Assembly (NCBI GenBank): GCA_963781585.1
Contig: CAWAGQ010000006.1
Span: 416,001 to 480,000 of the forward strand
Reading direction: 5' to 3'
Source: an uncultured Gemmatimonadaceae bacterium
GTDB taxonomy: Bacteria; Gemmatimonadota; Gemmatimonadetes; Gemmatimonadales; Gemmatimonadaceae
Length of the DNA: 64,000 nt
Below, in pieces: positions 41,938 to 51,764 of this stretch (the stretch's first letter is position 1; each line of letters opens with the position of its first letter). The notes beneath the pieces were generated by a model. It was not told the DNA's origin, made no database searches, and saw only the letters and a list, made by a program, of their open reading frames with translations. A program made the translations under genes and the position numbers.

Positions 41938-43431
41938 ATGACAATCTCTTCACTCGGCGCGACGGGAGGCCAGGTGGGCATACGCGCCGGAATCACCGTC
42001 GTCTTCTTCATCTTCCTCGCCATCGTCGCGCCACGCCTCCCGGCGCAAGTGGTCGAGCGACCGATCGCCTTCGACTCCGCCGGGCGCGTCATGACGATCT
42101 CGCCGCCGCTCGCCGCGCGGCTGCAACTCGCGGCGCCGCTGTGGCCCGTCACGGGCGATTTCGTGGAAGCGCGCCTGTTCGATCGCGGCAACGACACCTT
42201 CGTGATCGCCGTCCAGCGGGCGCAGGGCGCGATCGAGCGCTACGAGCTTTCCGCCGCGGCGCAGGAGACGCTGCGCAGCGCGGTGACCACCGCCATGCGG
42301 CGCACAGGCTCGCTCACGACCGGCGAGCGTCCGGACGAGATCTCGCAACCGGCCAGGGGTCGGCTTGTGCGCGACCAGGTCGTGCTCTCGCTCGTTCTCT
42401 ACGGCCCGGCGCTCGCGGCGCTCACCCACGATGCAACCGCCGGCGGCGCGCTCTATCTGGCGTCCGTCGGCGCCACGTTCTTCACCGCCGCGCAGATCGC
42501 GAAGAATCGCCCGGTCTCGAAGGCGCAGAACCACATGGCGACCAACGGTGCCTGGCGCGGCGCCCTGATCGCCCGCGGCCTTCTGTACGTCGCCAAGGGC
42601 GGCGAGCGCGCGAGCAGTGACGCGACGGCGGTCAGCCTCCTGCTCGGCGGCATCGGCGGGACCATCCTCGGCTTTCACGCGGGACGCGCCCTCACCGACG
42701 GAGAAGCGCACGGCGCCACCGTGGGATCCACGCTCGCGGCGCTGACGTCCGCCGGAATCATCGGCGCGGCCGGAGGCTTCAATCACGCGAGCGTGGGCGT
42801 GGAGCGACCGTTCGGGACCTCACATCGATATCCCGCACAGGTGGCGGCGATCACCGGCGCGGCGCTGGTGGGCTTTCCCCTCGGCCTGCATCACGTGCGC
42901 CGTGCGCCCTACAGCATCACGTCGGGGGACGCCGCGGTTCTCACCGCGTCCTATGCAGTCGGTGTACTGAGCGCATCAACGTTCGTCGTGGATGGCGATC
43001 CCTCCAATGAAGCAGTCGCTGCCGTGCTCACCGCTGGACTCCTCGCCGGCGCGGTGATTGGGGAGATGGACCTGGTCAAGCCCTACGATTTCACCGAGAG
43101 CCAGGGATGGCTCATGCAGCTCGGCGCCGCGGCCGGCGGACTCATGGGACTCGCGATTCCCGTTGCCGCCAAGTCAGAGTCGTCGGCGCTGAACGTAGGG
43201 GCCGCCGCGCTGGGAGCGGCGGCGGGACTGGCCATCACGAGATCTCTCCTCGATCCTGCACGAGGCATGCAACGCGAGTCGCCCAACGCTGGAGCAACCG
43301 CATCGCGAGGCGCGGCAACATCCGCGGTGGCTTCGCGGGTCGCGGTCGCGCTGCATCCGGAAAGCCTCGCGATCCTCCTCGCGCGGCCCGGGGCGAACGT
43401 CACGGTACCGCTGCTGAGCGCGCGCTGGTAA
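41938..43431 (+). CDS. Multi-pass Gly/Ala-rich membrane protein
   Basis: Signal-like segment, soluble N-terminal domain, then many glycine-zipper-like hydrophobic helices; start uncertain. Confidence 0.75.
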   Translation: MTISSLGATGGQVGIRAGITVVFFIFLAIVAPRLPAQVVERPIAFDSAGRVMTISPPLAARLQLAAPLWPVTGDFVEARLFDRGNDTFVIAVQRAQGAIERYELSAAAQETLRSAVTTAMRRTGSLTTGERPDEISQPARGRLVRDQVVLSLVLYGPALAALTHDATAGGALYLASVGATFFTAAQIAKNRPVSKAQNHMATNGAWRGALIARGLLYVAKGGERASSDATAVSLLLGGIGGTILGFHAGRALTDGEAHGATVGSTLAALTSAGIIGAAGGFNHASVGVERPFGTSHRYPAQVAAITGAALVGFPLGLHHVRRAPYSITSGDAAVLTASYAVGVLSASTFVVDGDPSNEAVAAVLTAGLLAGAVIGEMDLVKPYDFTESQGWLMQLGAAAGGLMGLAIPVAAKSESSALNVGAAALGAAAGLAITRSLLDPARGMQRESPNAGATASRGAATSAVASRVAVALHPESLAILLARPGANVTVPLLSARW

Positions 43432-43547
43432 GCGGGCCGCAGGCATCGCCGGCGCGTGTCGGCCGCCGCCTCCGGCTCAGGATCCGTCAGGGTACGTTAT
43501 ACGAGGGCAACAGCCGCGGTGGTCGAGCCAGAACGATGGAGTCGTCG

Positions 43548-44318
43548 ATGAACTCGAACCGCACCACCGACGGGAACGTGAGTACGGGTCACGTCTTCTT
43601 CGCCGTGACCATGATTGGGCTCGGGATCCTCGGCCTGGTCAAAGGCGACTTCCCGTCGATCTGGGTGCCGGTGCCGAAGGCGGTGCCCGCACGCGCGGCA
43701 CTGATCTACGCCACCGCGGTCATCTCGCTGGCCTGTGGTGTCGGGCTGCTCTGGCGGCGAACGGCTGCGGTCGCCGCGCGCGTGCTGCTCGTGTATCTCC
43801 TGGCCTGGCTCCTTCTATTGAAGGTGCCCCACATGCTGGTCGCGTTTGCCGTGGACACCTGGTGGGCCGCCTGCAAGCTGGCGGTGATGGCAGCGGGCGC
43901 CTGGATCATCTACGTCCGGTTCGACGGTGAGCGTGACGGCGGGCGCTTCCGTTTTGCCCGCGGTGAAAGTGGCGTGCGCATCGCGAGGCTTCTCTACGGC
44001 GTGGCGCTGATTCCGTTCGGGCTGGCCCACTTCATCTACCTGCAGCAGACGGCCGTGCTCGTGCCCGGGTGGCTGCTCTTTTCCGGGAATACGTGGGGGT
44101 ACTTCACCGGCTGCGCGTTCGTGGCGGCGGGCCTCGCGATCGTCGTCGGCGTGTGGGCACGACTGGCGGCGGTGCTCGCGGCCGTGCAGGTGGGGCTGTT
44201 CACGCTCATCGTGTGGGTGCCCGTCGTCGCGGCCGGCCCCAACTCGTACCAATGGCAGGAGTTCGTGACCTCGTGGGCGATCACGGCCGGCGCCTGGATG
44301 ATCGCGGACTCCTACTAG
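43548..44318 (+). CDS. DoxX-like membrane protein
   Basis: Duplicated TM bundle (ARLLYG.ALIPFGLAHF...LVP.WL...W.YFTG); GGAG RBS before ATG 43548. Confidence 0.8.
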   Translation: MNSNRTTDGNVSTGHVFFAVTMIGLGILGLVKGDFPSIWVPVPKAVPARAALIYATAVISLACGVGLLWRRTAAVAARVLLVYLLAWLLLLKVPHMLVAFAVDTWWAACKLAVMAAGAWIIYVRFDGERDGGRFRFARGESGVRIARLLYGVALIPFGLAHFIYLQQTAVLVPGWLLFSGNTWGYFTGCAFVAAGLAIVVGVWARLAAVLAAVQVGLFTLIVWVPVVAAGPNSYQWQEFVTSWAITAGAWMIADSY

Positions 44319-44404
44319 GCCCCGGCTCGCCCGGCGATGGATGCCAGGGGGTCTGCCCTGCGGCAAACCCAGGCTCTCCGGCCGCTTCATGCTGTCCCCG
44401 GCGT

Positions 44405-46171
44405 CTACTCGGGCGGCGCAATGTCGTCCAGTTGGTCGAATCGCAGGTTGCTCACGCCCTCACCCCGACCGGCTTGCTTCGATCGGCCAAGCCAGAGATA
44501 GGTCTGCCCCGATGTCCAGCGCGCGCGCTGCCAGGCTCGCTCCACGATCACGCCGGCGCGCGGCACCTCCTCCTCGTTGATGAAGAACGGCGGCGGCACC
44601 TCGGTGAGGAGACGGCCGCGCGCGCCGGGTGCTCCCGGCATTCGCGCGCGCTGCAACTGGATCTCCGACGTGCTTCCCGCGAGATGGACGGGCAGAAACG
44701 GGATCCAGTTGCTCGGCACCGTGGTGCCGGCGACGTACCGGATTGCCGCCGTGCCCGCGGGAACAAACGGCGGCGGTGGCGGCGTGCCGATGTCGAGCTC
44801 GTCGCCGCGCACACCGGCGCCGGCGGCCGATGGCACGACCTTCTCCACCGCCCACACCATCTTCGCCGCCTCGTCGCGCAGGAAATTGACCTTTTCGATC
44901 GGGTCGCTCTCCAGCATCTGGGCGATCGAGGAGGCCAGATAGAACCTGCTCGACGCCGATGCGGCGCCGCCGCGATCGGTATTCTGGAACATCGCCCATC
45001 GGTGCCAGGTGGTGCCTTCGCTCCGGCCGGCCGGCCGGATCAGCGTCTCCACGCCGAACACGTCGGTTACCACGATGCCCTCTACGCTGCACAGGGTATT
45101 GAACGGCATTGGAAATGGAAGCATGAACCAGTCGTTCGAGTAGATCAGCCCGAACTCCGCGAAGACCAGGTGCAGGAGTCCCGTCGGTGACACGCCGATC
45201 GCGCCGAAGTCCGTCTGGTTCTCCTCCATCTGCCAGAAGCGCGGATTGGGCATGCCCTTGAAGCTGAGTGGCGCCGGAATGAACGACGACAGAACCTCGG
45301 CGTCGGGCGGGGCGGTCGGCGTCGTTTCCCCGTCCGCGATCATCGCCTGGCGCGAGTCCAGATCGAACGAGTACCAGTCGATGTGGCCCTGATAGTACTC
45401 GTCGGCCAGAAGGACGCTCTGCTGCCCGGCCGGCGTCGCGAGGCTGAATCCGTACTCGAGCTGCCGCGTCTTCCAGGCATTCTCGGCCGGCAATGACGGC
45501 TGGCTGTAGGTCCGCGCGAACCACGCGAGCAGGGGCGCCGCGAGGTCATCCAGGGCTGTCTTGTCCGCGCCTGCGATCGTGCCCTCGGCATCGAGCCACT
45601 CGCGAAAACGCGTGAGCGCGGGATTCACGCCCGGCGTGGTCATGTCGCGGTACATCGCGTAGCCGTTCCACCACCGCGTTCTGGCCGCGCCGTAGAGCTG
45701 CGTTCCGCTGTAGTCGTTAGGCTCGGGAGCGAAAACGAGCGGATACTGCGCGATCAGCGCGTCCCGGTGCGCGGAGACGAGCGCGGCACCGAGTTTCCAG
45801 TACGACCGCGCGAGTTCGACGGCGAGCCCGAGGTCGCCGATGAGCATTTCGCGCTCGACGCGCGTCTCGATCGGGATCGTGTCGTCGTAACTCTGGACCG
45901 GCCCGGATCCGATCAACGCGCGGTCGACGTGCTGCTGCACGCTCAGGATTCGCGCGCCGATCGGCGTCGCGGCGTCCTCGCCCTGAAACTCGCCCATCTG
46001 CCACTGCCGCGTGAGCAGCCACATCGGGTCGCGCACCTCGGCGCGCAGGCTCCGGGTGAAGTCGGTGCTGCGCGGACTGGCCTCGAGCCGGTTGAACGCG
46101 GTCACCGTCGGGAGGCGGAACTCCGCCTCGTAGACGCTTTCGAGTGTGGCGATGGGAATGGCTGCGGTCAT
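44405..46171 (-). CDS. Uncharacterised 588-aa protein (last gene of the giant operon)
   Basis: Protein-like composition with Trp-rich blocks (DPMWLLTRQWQMGEFQGED, GMPNPRFWQME, YSNDWF); no signal peptide; 7 nt from the upstream gene. Confidence 0.88.
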   Translation of the reverse strand: MTAAIPIATLESVYEAEFRLPTVTAFNRLEASPRSTDFTRSLRAEVRDPMWLLTRQWQMGEFQGEDAATPIGARILSVQQHVDRALIGSGPVQSYDDTIPIETRVEREMLIGDLGLAVELARSYWKLGAALVSAHRDALIAQYPLVFAPEPNDYSGTQLYGAARTRWWNGYAMYRDMTTPGVNPALTRFREWLDAEGTIAGADKTALDDLAAPLLAWFARTYSQPSLPAENAWKTRQLEYGFSLATPAGQQSVLLADEYYQGHIDWYSFDLDSRQAMIADGETTPTAPPDAEVLSSFIPAPLSFKGMPNPRFWQMEENQTDFGAIGVSPTGLLHLVFAEFGLIYSNDWFMLPFPMPFNTLCSVEGIVVTDVFGVETLIRPAGRSEGTTWHRWAMFQNTDRGGAASASSRFYLASSIAQMLESDPIEKVNFLRDEAAKMVWAVEKVVPSAAGAGVRGDELDIGTPPPPPFVPAGTAAIRYVAGTTVPSNWIPFLPVHLAGSTSEIQLQRARMPGAPGARGRLLTEVPPPFFINEEEVPRAGVIVERAWQRARWTSGQTYLWLGRSKQAGRGEGVSNLRFDQLDDIAPPE

Positions 46172-46178
46172 CGCGACC

Positions 46179-49100
46179 TCAGGTCAGGTTCGGATTGACG
46201 TAAAACGTCGTCAGCAGGGGCATCGCCGAGAGGTTGAGCCGATAATCCAGCGAGACGTTGAGCGCGAACTGCTGGAACTCCGCTATCACCGCCGGCAGAA
46301 GAACACCGAGCTCCGGGTTGGCCGCCCGCTGGTCGAGCAGCAGCGGCTCCACGGCGCGCATCTTCGCCCGGCGGAGGGTGTCGTTGAGGATTCCGACCAG
46401 CGCGTCCCAGCTCCAATGACCGGTCATTTCCGGAGGCACGGCGAGCAACAGCGCCTGCGGCGGCATGGCGTTCGGCCGATTGTAGTTGAAGGCCACACCG
46501 GTGCTCTGGTCCCGGGCCGGAATAGTCTCCGTCCACGAATCCACGAGAACACCGCTGCGCAGGGAACCGGCGGTGTACGCTGCGTCGCCGTGGGTGACGA
46601 TCGACAGGGTATCGCTGGCGATGTCGTACGGCTCGCCGGTGGCGGGATCGGTGTCGGGAAGCCCAACGGCGAGCCAACTGTCCCGGGGGCGATAGGGAAG
46701 CTGCACCGCGCTCAGGTCGAGCGACGACGCGAACAGCGTTTCACGCAACAGGCGGATGCGTTCCCAGGCCGCGATCCTGGGGCGCACGTATGCGACGCCG
46801 CGAATCCACTCGTCTTCAGGTGTCGGCATCGCGAGCGTGTTCACGGCGTGATCGACGAGCTGCCCGTGATCGGCGTGCGATTGCATCAGCTCGCTCTCGT
46901 TGTCCAACGCGAATGCCGGGATCACCGGGAACGCGTCGCCGAGGATGGCTTTGCACGCGTCGCTCGCCAGGCCGACCGCCTTCTCGTTCGCGTCCGTGGC
47001 GGCGATGTCGGCGTCGGTGAGCGCCTTGTCGCTCGCCGCCCGGCGGGTGGCTGCTGCGTTCGCGGCGTCGATCGCCTGCGACACGAGCGCCAGCTTCGAG
47101 CCGTCGCGGGTGACGTCCTGGGTGCGCGGAAACGCATCGGCAAGGCCAAAGGCGGCCAGGTGAATCAACTGCTCCTGCAGCAGCAGCATGTCGCTCGACG
47201 CGAACGTGAACGCGAGATCGGTGACGTCGGCGTCCTGCGCGCGAATCTCGTCGAACGCCTGGCCGAGCGTCGTGACATTCACGGCGCCGATCGAGGCGGT
47301 GAACGGCAGCCCGCGGATCGTCGAGAGCACGCCGTCGATCTGCGTCTGCAGCGCGGCGGCCCGCGCGCGCAGCTCGGCAAACACGGATCCGGAGTCCGGC
47401 GTTCCCCCCTGCGTGGTGGAGGTGTGGTAGTCGCGCGCGTCGAGCGGACGGGAGTCGTGGAGCACTCGCTGCAGCGCGAGCATCAGCGGCATCACCTCGG
47501 CCATGCTCAGCCTGGATGGATCGCCGGTGGGCGCGCCGAAGTCGATCTGCACGCGCGCGGTCTCGTCGAGTCCGTGGTCGGCGCGATAGCGCCAGGCGAC
47601 GCGCGTCTCGATCTCCGAGGCTCCGGTGCGCCCGCCGTCGCCCGTGGCGGCGTCGGTCCCGAGGATCGAGATCAGGTCGATGGGCTGGAGTGCGAGGTCG
47701 GCGGCCGACATCGTCGCCGGGTTCACGAGTGTTTCGTCGTCCTGCCGCTCGGACACCTGCATGACGAAGTGATTCGGGGCGCCGAGGACGGCTCCGAGCC
47801 ACTGATTCACTCCCGGCTCGAGCGAGGCGCGTGGCGTCATCGGCACTGGCCACGCCGCGGCCGCGGGATCGCCGGGATCGAGCCGCGTGAAATGAACCGC
47901 GACGCGCTGCGTGAACGTGAACCGGCTGCTGCGCGGCGTCCTGACGACGTCGAGCTGCGGGGGCACCTGCGCGTCCTTGATCGAGCCGAGCACCGCGCCC
48001 GCGCGATCGAAGTTGGACTGCACCATCTGATACGCGCTTTCGGCCAGCAGGAGATCGTTGACGGCATCGAGGGTGTCGGCGATGCGGTCGCGCTCCGCGT
48101 TGAGCGCGGCCAGACGGGGCGCGGTCAGGACGGTTGCGTCGGCGCCGGTAATCGCCGCCCAGTTCGGCGACGCGGTCGCGGCGAGCGTCAGGCCGTTGAC
48201 GACGTCGTAGGTGTCGACCGTTTCCTGCGCCCCGCCGGCGTCTCCGCCCGCGATGCGCATTCGCCGAATCGGAAACGCGACCCGGATGTCGAAGAGCAGG
48301 CCGTTCAGCACCTGGAGCGACGCGTCGGCCGAGGCGCGGTCGTGGATGCCGCGCTCGAACTGATAGCCAAGCAGCGCTTCCACTGCCTGGCCGTTGCGCA
48401 TCCCCTCGAGAATGAACATCGCCCGGCGGACCCGCTCCGAGGTGAGGTTCACCGCCATGACGTCGGGGTTGGTGTCGGTCGCGTGGCTCATGTACCCGGC
48501 GCGCAGCACGGCGGCGGCGGTCGCGTGATTGATCGACGGCGCGTGGACGAACCCGCCGTTGTCGGTGTATTCGCGCAGCGGCGTGCCCCTGGGTGAACGG
48601 AGCTTGTCGGGGACGTCCTGCACTGCGGCGAACGAAGCCGACGGTCGCACGTTCTCCACCCAGCCGAACCCGCCAAGATAGGATCCGGGATTTCTGGTGG
48701 CGCCGCGCGCGGGGGGAACGCCGCGCAGCGTCTCGAGCCTGCCCTTGAAGAGCGCCGTCTGCCACGCGTCGAGCCGGTAGGTGCACGCATCCACATGCTC
48801 GGTGAAGCATCGCTCCAGGCGTGCGGTCGACCGACTGGCGAGCGAGTCGATGGATTCCCGCATCTGATCGAGGAACGCCGTCTCGCTGAGTGAAACGGTC
48901 GGCAGCAGGAGGTAGTCGGCGACGCGGAACGACTTGTACGGGCTGGCTGGGTCGATTGCGCCCACGGGGGCGCGCAGCACTTCCCATCGCGTGAGATCTC
49001 CGCCGGGTCGCACGTTGTGGAACGTGCTGGCGAGGGTCGTTGCCTTCGCGTCGACGCCCCGGCCCTTCATCCACAGGACCGCGCTCTTGTGGAGCTGCAG

Positions 49101-51758
49101 AATGAGGGCGTGTCGCGCCTGGAGATAGAGCAGCGCCGTCGGCACCGGCGCGCCGCCGAAGTTCTGGGCCGACAGCGCATCGACCGACGTCGCGTCGCGC
49201 AGCCAGTGGAGATAGTTCTGGTGCGCAACGGTGTCGTACTCGCGGATCGGGTCCGTCTCGGACAACGGGACGCCGTCGATGAGATTGGCCGCGTCGAGCG
49301 ACGTCGTGAAATTCTGGAAGACGAGCTTGGTGAGCTCGAACAGGTTGCCCGTCAGGCCGGGGGCGGCCGGCAACCCTGCCCAGCTTCGCAGGAGATTGGT
49401 GACGTTGACGCCGCGGAGCCCCGCGGCGATGACCCGGTCGGATTCGGCGCCGCCGGCCTCGAAGTTCACGAGGTTGGCGAGATACTCCAGCGTGTAGGCA
49501 ATCCGCTGCGCGAAGGTGACAGACCCGGGCTGGAGCCCGAGCACGTTGAGGAGCATGTCATCGGCGGCCAGACCCGGCTTGCCGGCGAACGCGAGCTGCG
49601 GAATGATGGCAGTCCAGATCGCGTCGAAGTACTGAAGGAGCTTGTAGAGCATCGGTCGAAACGGATCGGACTTCGCGGAGACGGCGGTCTCCTTCCACCT
49701 CACGAAATCGCTCGTCAGGAGGATACCGTACGGCTGATCGCCGATGCGGATGGCCGAGAGCGGCCCGCGACCGGTGACGTTGGCGACGAAGAAGTCGCGG
49801 AGCCGATCGCGTCCCGATTCGCTCACCAGCGGGTCCAACAGGGTGTCGAAGTAGTAGCCGAGCGTCGCGGGATAGAGCGCGGCGTTCATCGCCACCGCGT
49901 CGCTGTAGTCCGTGTTGTCACTGTTGAAGACGAACTGCAGTGTCTCGTAGGAGACACCGAGCCCGTCGGCGAGCAGCCTGCCGTCGGTGGTTGAGGCGGG
50001 GGTAAAGAGCGGGACGTCGAGGCCGGTGACCTCCTGCGTGTGCGTGAGCAGGTCGTTGACGGAGTACCCCGATCCGTCGCCGTCGGTGTTGTTGGTGGCG
50101 GTGCCCTGGGCCAGAAGCGACAGGCCCTTTGGCGAATGCTGATGGTTCGACAGCAGTGTCTCGAGCGCCTCGCCGCCCGACGCCGCGGAGCGCGACGCCA
50201 TCACCCCGAGCACAAGGATCCTGTCGAAGCCGGATTGGAGCTGCGCCGGGGTGATGGGGATGCGAAAGCCCATTCCCAGGCTCACGGCGCGGTCGAAGTT
50301 GGACGCCCAGTCGTAGTTCGGGCCAAACGTGAGTTGGCCATCGACCGTGACGAACGAATCCTCGTTGTCCGCCTGGTCGGCGTCCGCGGCGAGGTCGAGC
50401 GGCTCGGGTCCGAGCATCAGCTCGTCCGGGATCACGTTGCCCACGACCTCCTTCACGATCGTGCCGCCGGTGTACAGGATCGCCACGAACCGGTCGGGGA
50501 GCACGTTGGAGCGCGGCGCGCGCGACCATGAGCTGGTGCTGGTGAGGTCGTGCGGCGGAAAGGTGAGATCGTCGGTAGTGGCCAGGGTGCTGAGCGCGGA
50601 CCAGTTGGTCGGCCGCGTTTGTCTCGCCACCCACGCCGAGCGCGATGGGCCGAAGAGCGCGGCGAAGTTCTTCCACGTTTCGGTCTTGCGGGAGCCCTTG
50701 CCGCTGTCGGTGTCCTTTTCGATGCCGAAGATCGATCGCCAGTACTCTTCGCCGGCGGCGACCTCCCGGTCGGTGAGCTCGTTCTCGTGCGTATGAACGG
50801 CGATGTCATCGGGATAGACGCGAAGCCACAGCTCGGGCGACGGCACCGGCGCAACCGCTCCCACGGCGAGAGCGCCTGCCGGTGCAACGCCCGGCGGGCC
50901 CGCCGCCGGACTTCCGGCTGGAATTCCACCCGGAGGCGGCGGCTGGCTGACGAACCGCGTCTCGATGCGTACCGGCAGGAGGAGGAACGGGGTCGTGTCC
51001 GGCATCTGCGCGACGGCCGACCGGGGATGTGGGTCGACGTAGATACCGGTGATCGTGTCGTGCAGCGCCCCGGTGGTCGCCTTCCACGACCCCTTGGTCT
51101 TGGCATACTGCGCGTTCAGCGCCGCGAGCCGTTCCCGAATCTGGTCCGGCGTGGGTCCGGCCGCGCCCTTGAGGGCGCCGATCTCCGCCTGGTTGTCGTC
51201 GATCGCCTGACGCGTGTCACTCGTTTGCGCGACGATCTTCTGCAGCGCCTTGCGCGCTGCGGCCGCCGCTTGCTCGATTGCGGCCTGATTGTCGGTGGCG
51301 GCCGCCAGCGACCCCGTCGTATCGGCGATCTGTGCGCGCGTGGACTCGATCGAGGCCTCGAGGGAATCCGCCAGCGTGCGGTCCTTGGGCCGGGCGGTTT
51401 GCGCGAGCGCGATGCGACTCTCGAGCTGGTCGAGCGCTGCGCGAAGCGCGGTGAGCGACTGCTGCAGGAACGTGATGCGTTGCCTGCCGGCGTCCACGCT
51501 GCCGATCGCGGCGCGCGCCGACTGCTCGGCGGCCGACAGCGAGCGCAGGGTGGACTCCAGCTGCGCGATCTCGGCGCGTCGAGCCGTAACTTCGGCGGGG
51601 TCGGGCGGGCCGAGCTTGCCGCCGGCCTGCTGACTCTTGCGGAGCGCGGCGGTGTCACGCGAGATCTGCGTCCGCAACGCGTACATGCGCTGCCCGAGAT
51701 CATCGCGCTGCGCGCGGAGTCGGTCGATTACCGGCAGGTGGTCGTCGAGGGTAGCCAT
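46179..51758 (-). CDS. Uncharacterised 1859-aa protein with N-terminal coiled coil
   Basis: About 240-aa heptad-rich N-terminus, then LLPVRIETRF, RVYPDDI, YRLDAW, LGYQFER and PPQALLLAVPP blocks. Confidence 0.9.
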   Translation of the reverse strand: MATLDDHLPVIDRLRAQRDDLGQRMYALRTQISRDTAALRKSQQAGGKLGPPDPAEVTARRAEIAQLESTLRSLSAAEQSARAAIGSVDAGRQRITFLQQSLTALRAALDQLESRIALAQTARPKDRTLADSLEASIESTRAQIADTTGSLAAATDNQAAIEQAAAAARKALQKIVAQTSDTRQAIDDNQAEIGALKGAAGPTPDQIRERLAALNAQYAKTKGSWKATTGALHDTITGIYVDPHPRSAVAQMPDTTPFLLLPVRIETRFVSQPPPPGGIPAGSPAAGPPGVAPAGALAVGAVAPVPSPELWLRVYPDDIAVHTHENELTDREVAAGEEYWRSIFGIEKDTDSGKGSRKTETWKNFAALFGPSRSAWVARQTRPTNWSALSTLATTDDLTFPPHDLTSTSSWSRAPRSNVLPDRFVAILYTGGTIVKEVVGNVIPDELMLGPEPLDLAADADQADNEDSFVTVDGQLTFGPNYDWASNFDRAVSLGMGFRIPITPAQLQSGFDRILVLGVMASRSAASGGEALETLLSNHQHSPKGLSLLAQGTATNNTDGDGSGYSVNDLLTHTQEVTGLDVPLFTPASTTDGRLLADGLGVSYETLQFVFNSDNTDYSDAVAMNAALYPATLGYYFDTLLDPLVSESGRDRLRDFFVANVTGRGPLSAIRIGDQPYGILLTSDFVRWKETAVSAKSDPFRPMLYKLLQYFDAIWTAIIPQLAFAGKPGLAADDMLLNVLGLQPGSVTFAQRIAYTLEYLANLVNFEAGGAESDRVIAAGLRGVNVTNLLRSWAGLPAAPGLTGNLFELTKLVFQNFTTSLDAANLIDGVPLSETDPIREYDTVAHQNYLHWLRDATSVDALSAQNFGGAPVPTALLYLQARHALILQLHKSAVLWMKGRGVDAKATTLASTFHNVRPGGDLTRWEVLRAPVGAIDPASPYKSFRVADYLLLPTVSLSETAFLDQMRESIDSLASRSTARLERCFTEHVDACTYRLDAWQTALFKGRLETLRGVPPARGATRNPGSYLGGFGWVENVRPSASFAAVQDVPDKLRSPRGTPLREYTDNGGFVHAPSINHATAAAVLRAGYMSHATDTNPDVMAVNLTSERVRRAMFILEGMRNGQAVEALLGYQFERGIHDRASADASLQVLNGLLFDIRVAFPIRRMRIAGGDAGGAQETVDTYDVVNGLTLAATASPNWAAITGADATVLTAPRLAALNAERDRIADTLDAVNDLLLAESAYQMVQSNFDRAGAVLGSIKDAQVPPQLDVVRTPRSSRFTFTQRVAVHFTRLDPGDPAAAAWPVPMTPRASLEPGVNQWLGAVLGAPNHFVMQVSERQDDETLVNPATMSAADLALQPIDLISILGTDAATGDGGRTGASEIETRVAWRYRADHGLDETARVQIDFGAPTGDPSRLSMAEVMPLMLALQRVLHDSRPLDARDYHTSTTQGGTPDSGSVFAELRARAAALQTQIDGVLSTIRGLPFTASIGAVNVTTLGQAFDEIRAQDADVTDLAFTFASSDMLLLQEQLIHLAAFGLADAFPRTQDVTRDGSKLALVSQAIDAANAAATRRAASDKALTDADIAATDANEKAVGLASDACKAILGDAFPVIPAFALDNESELMQSHADHGQLVDHAVNTLAMPTPEDEWIRGVAYVRPRIAAWERIRLLRETLFASSLDLSAVQLPYRPRDSWLAVGLPDTDPATGEPYDIASDTLSIVTHGDAAYTAGSLRSGVLVDSWTETIPARDQSTGVAFNYNRPNAMPPQALLLAVPPEMTGHWSWDALVGILNDTLRRAKMRAVEPLLLDQRAANPELGVLLPAVIAEFQQFALNVSLDYRLNLSAMPLLTTFYVNPNLT

Positions 51759-51764
51759 GGCCGG

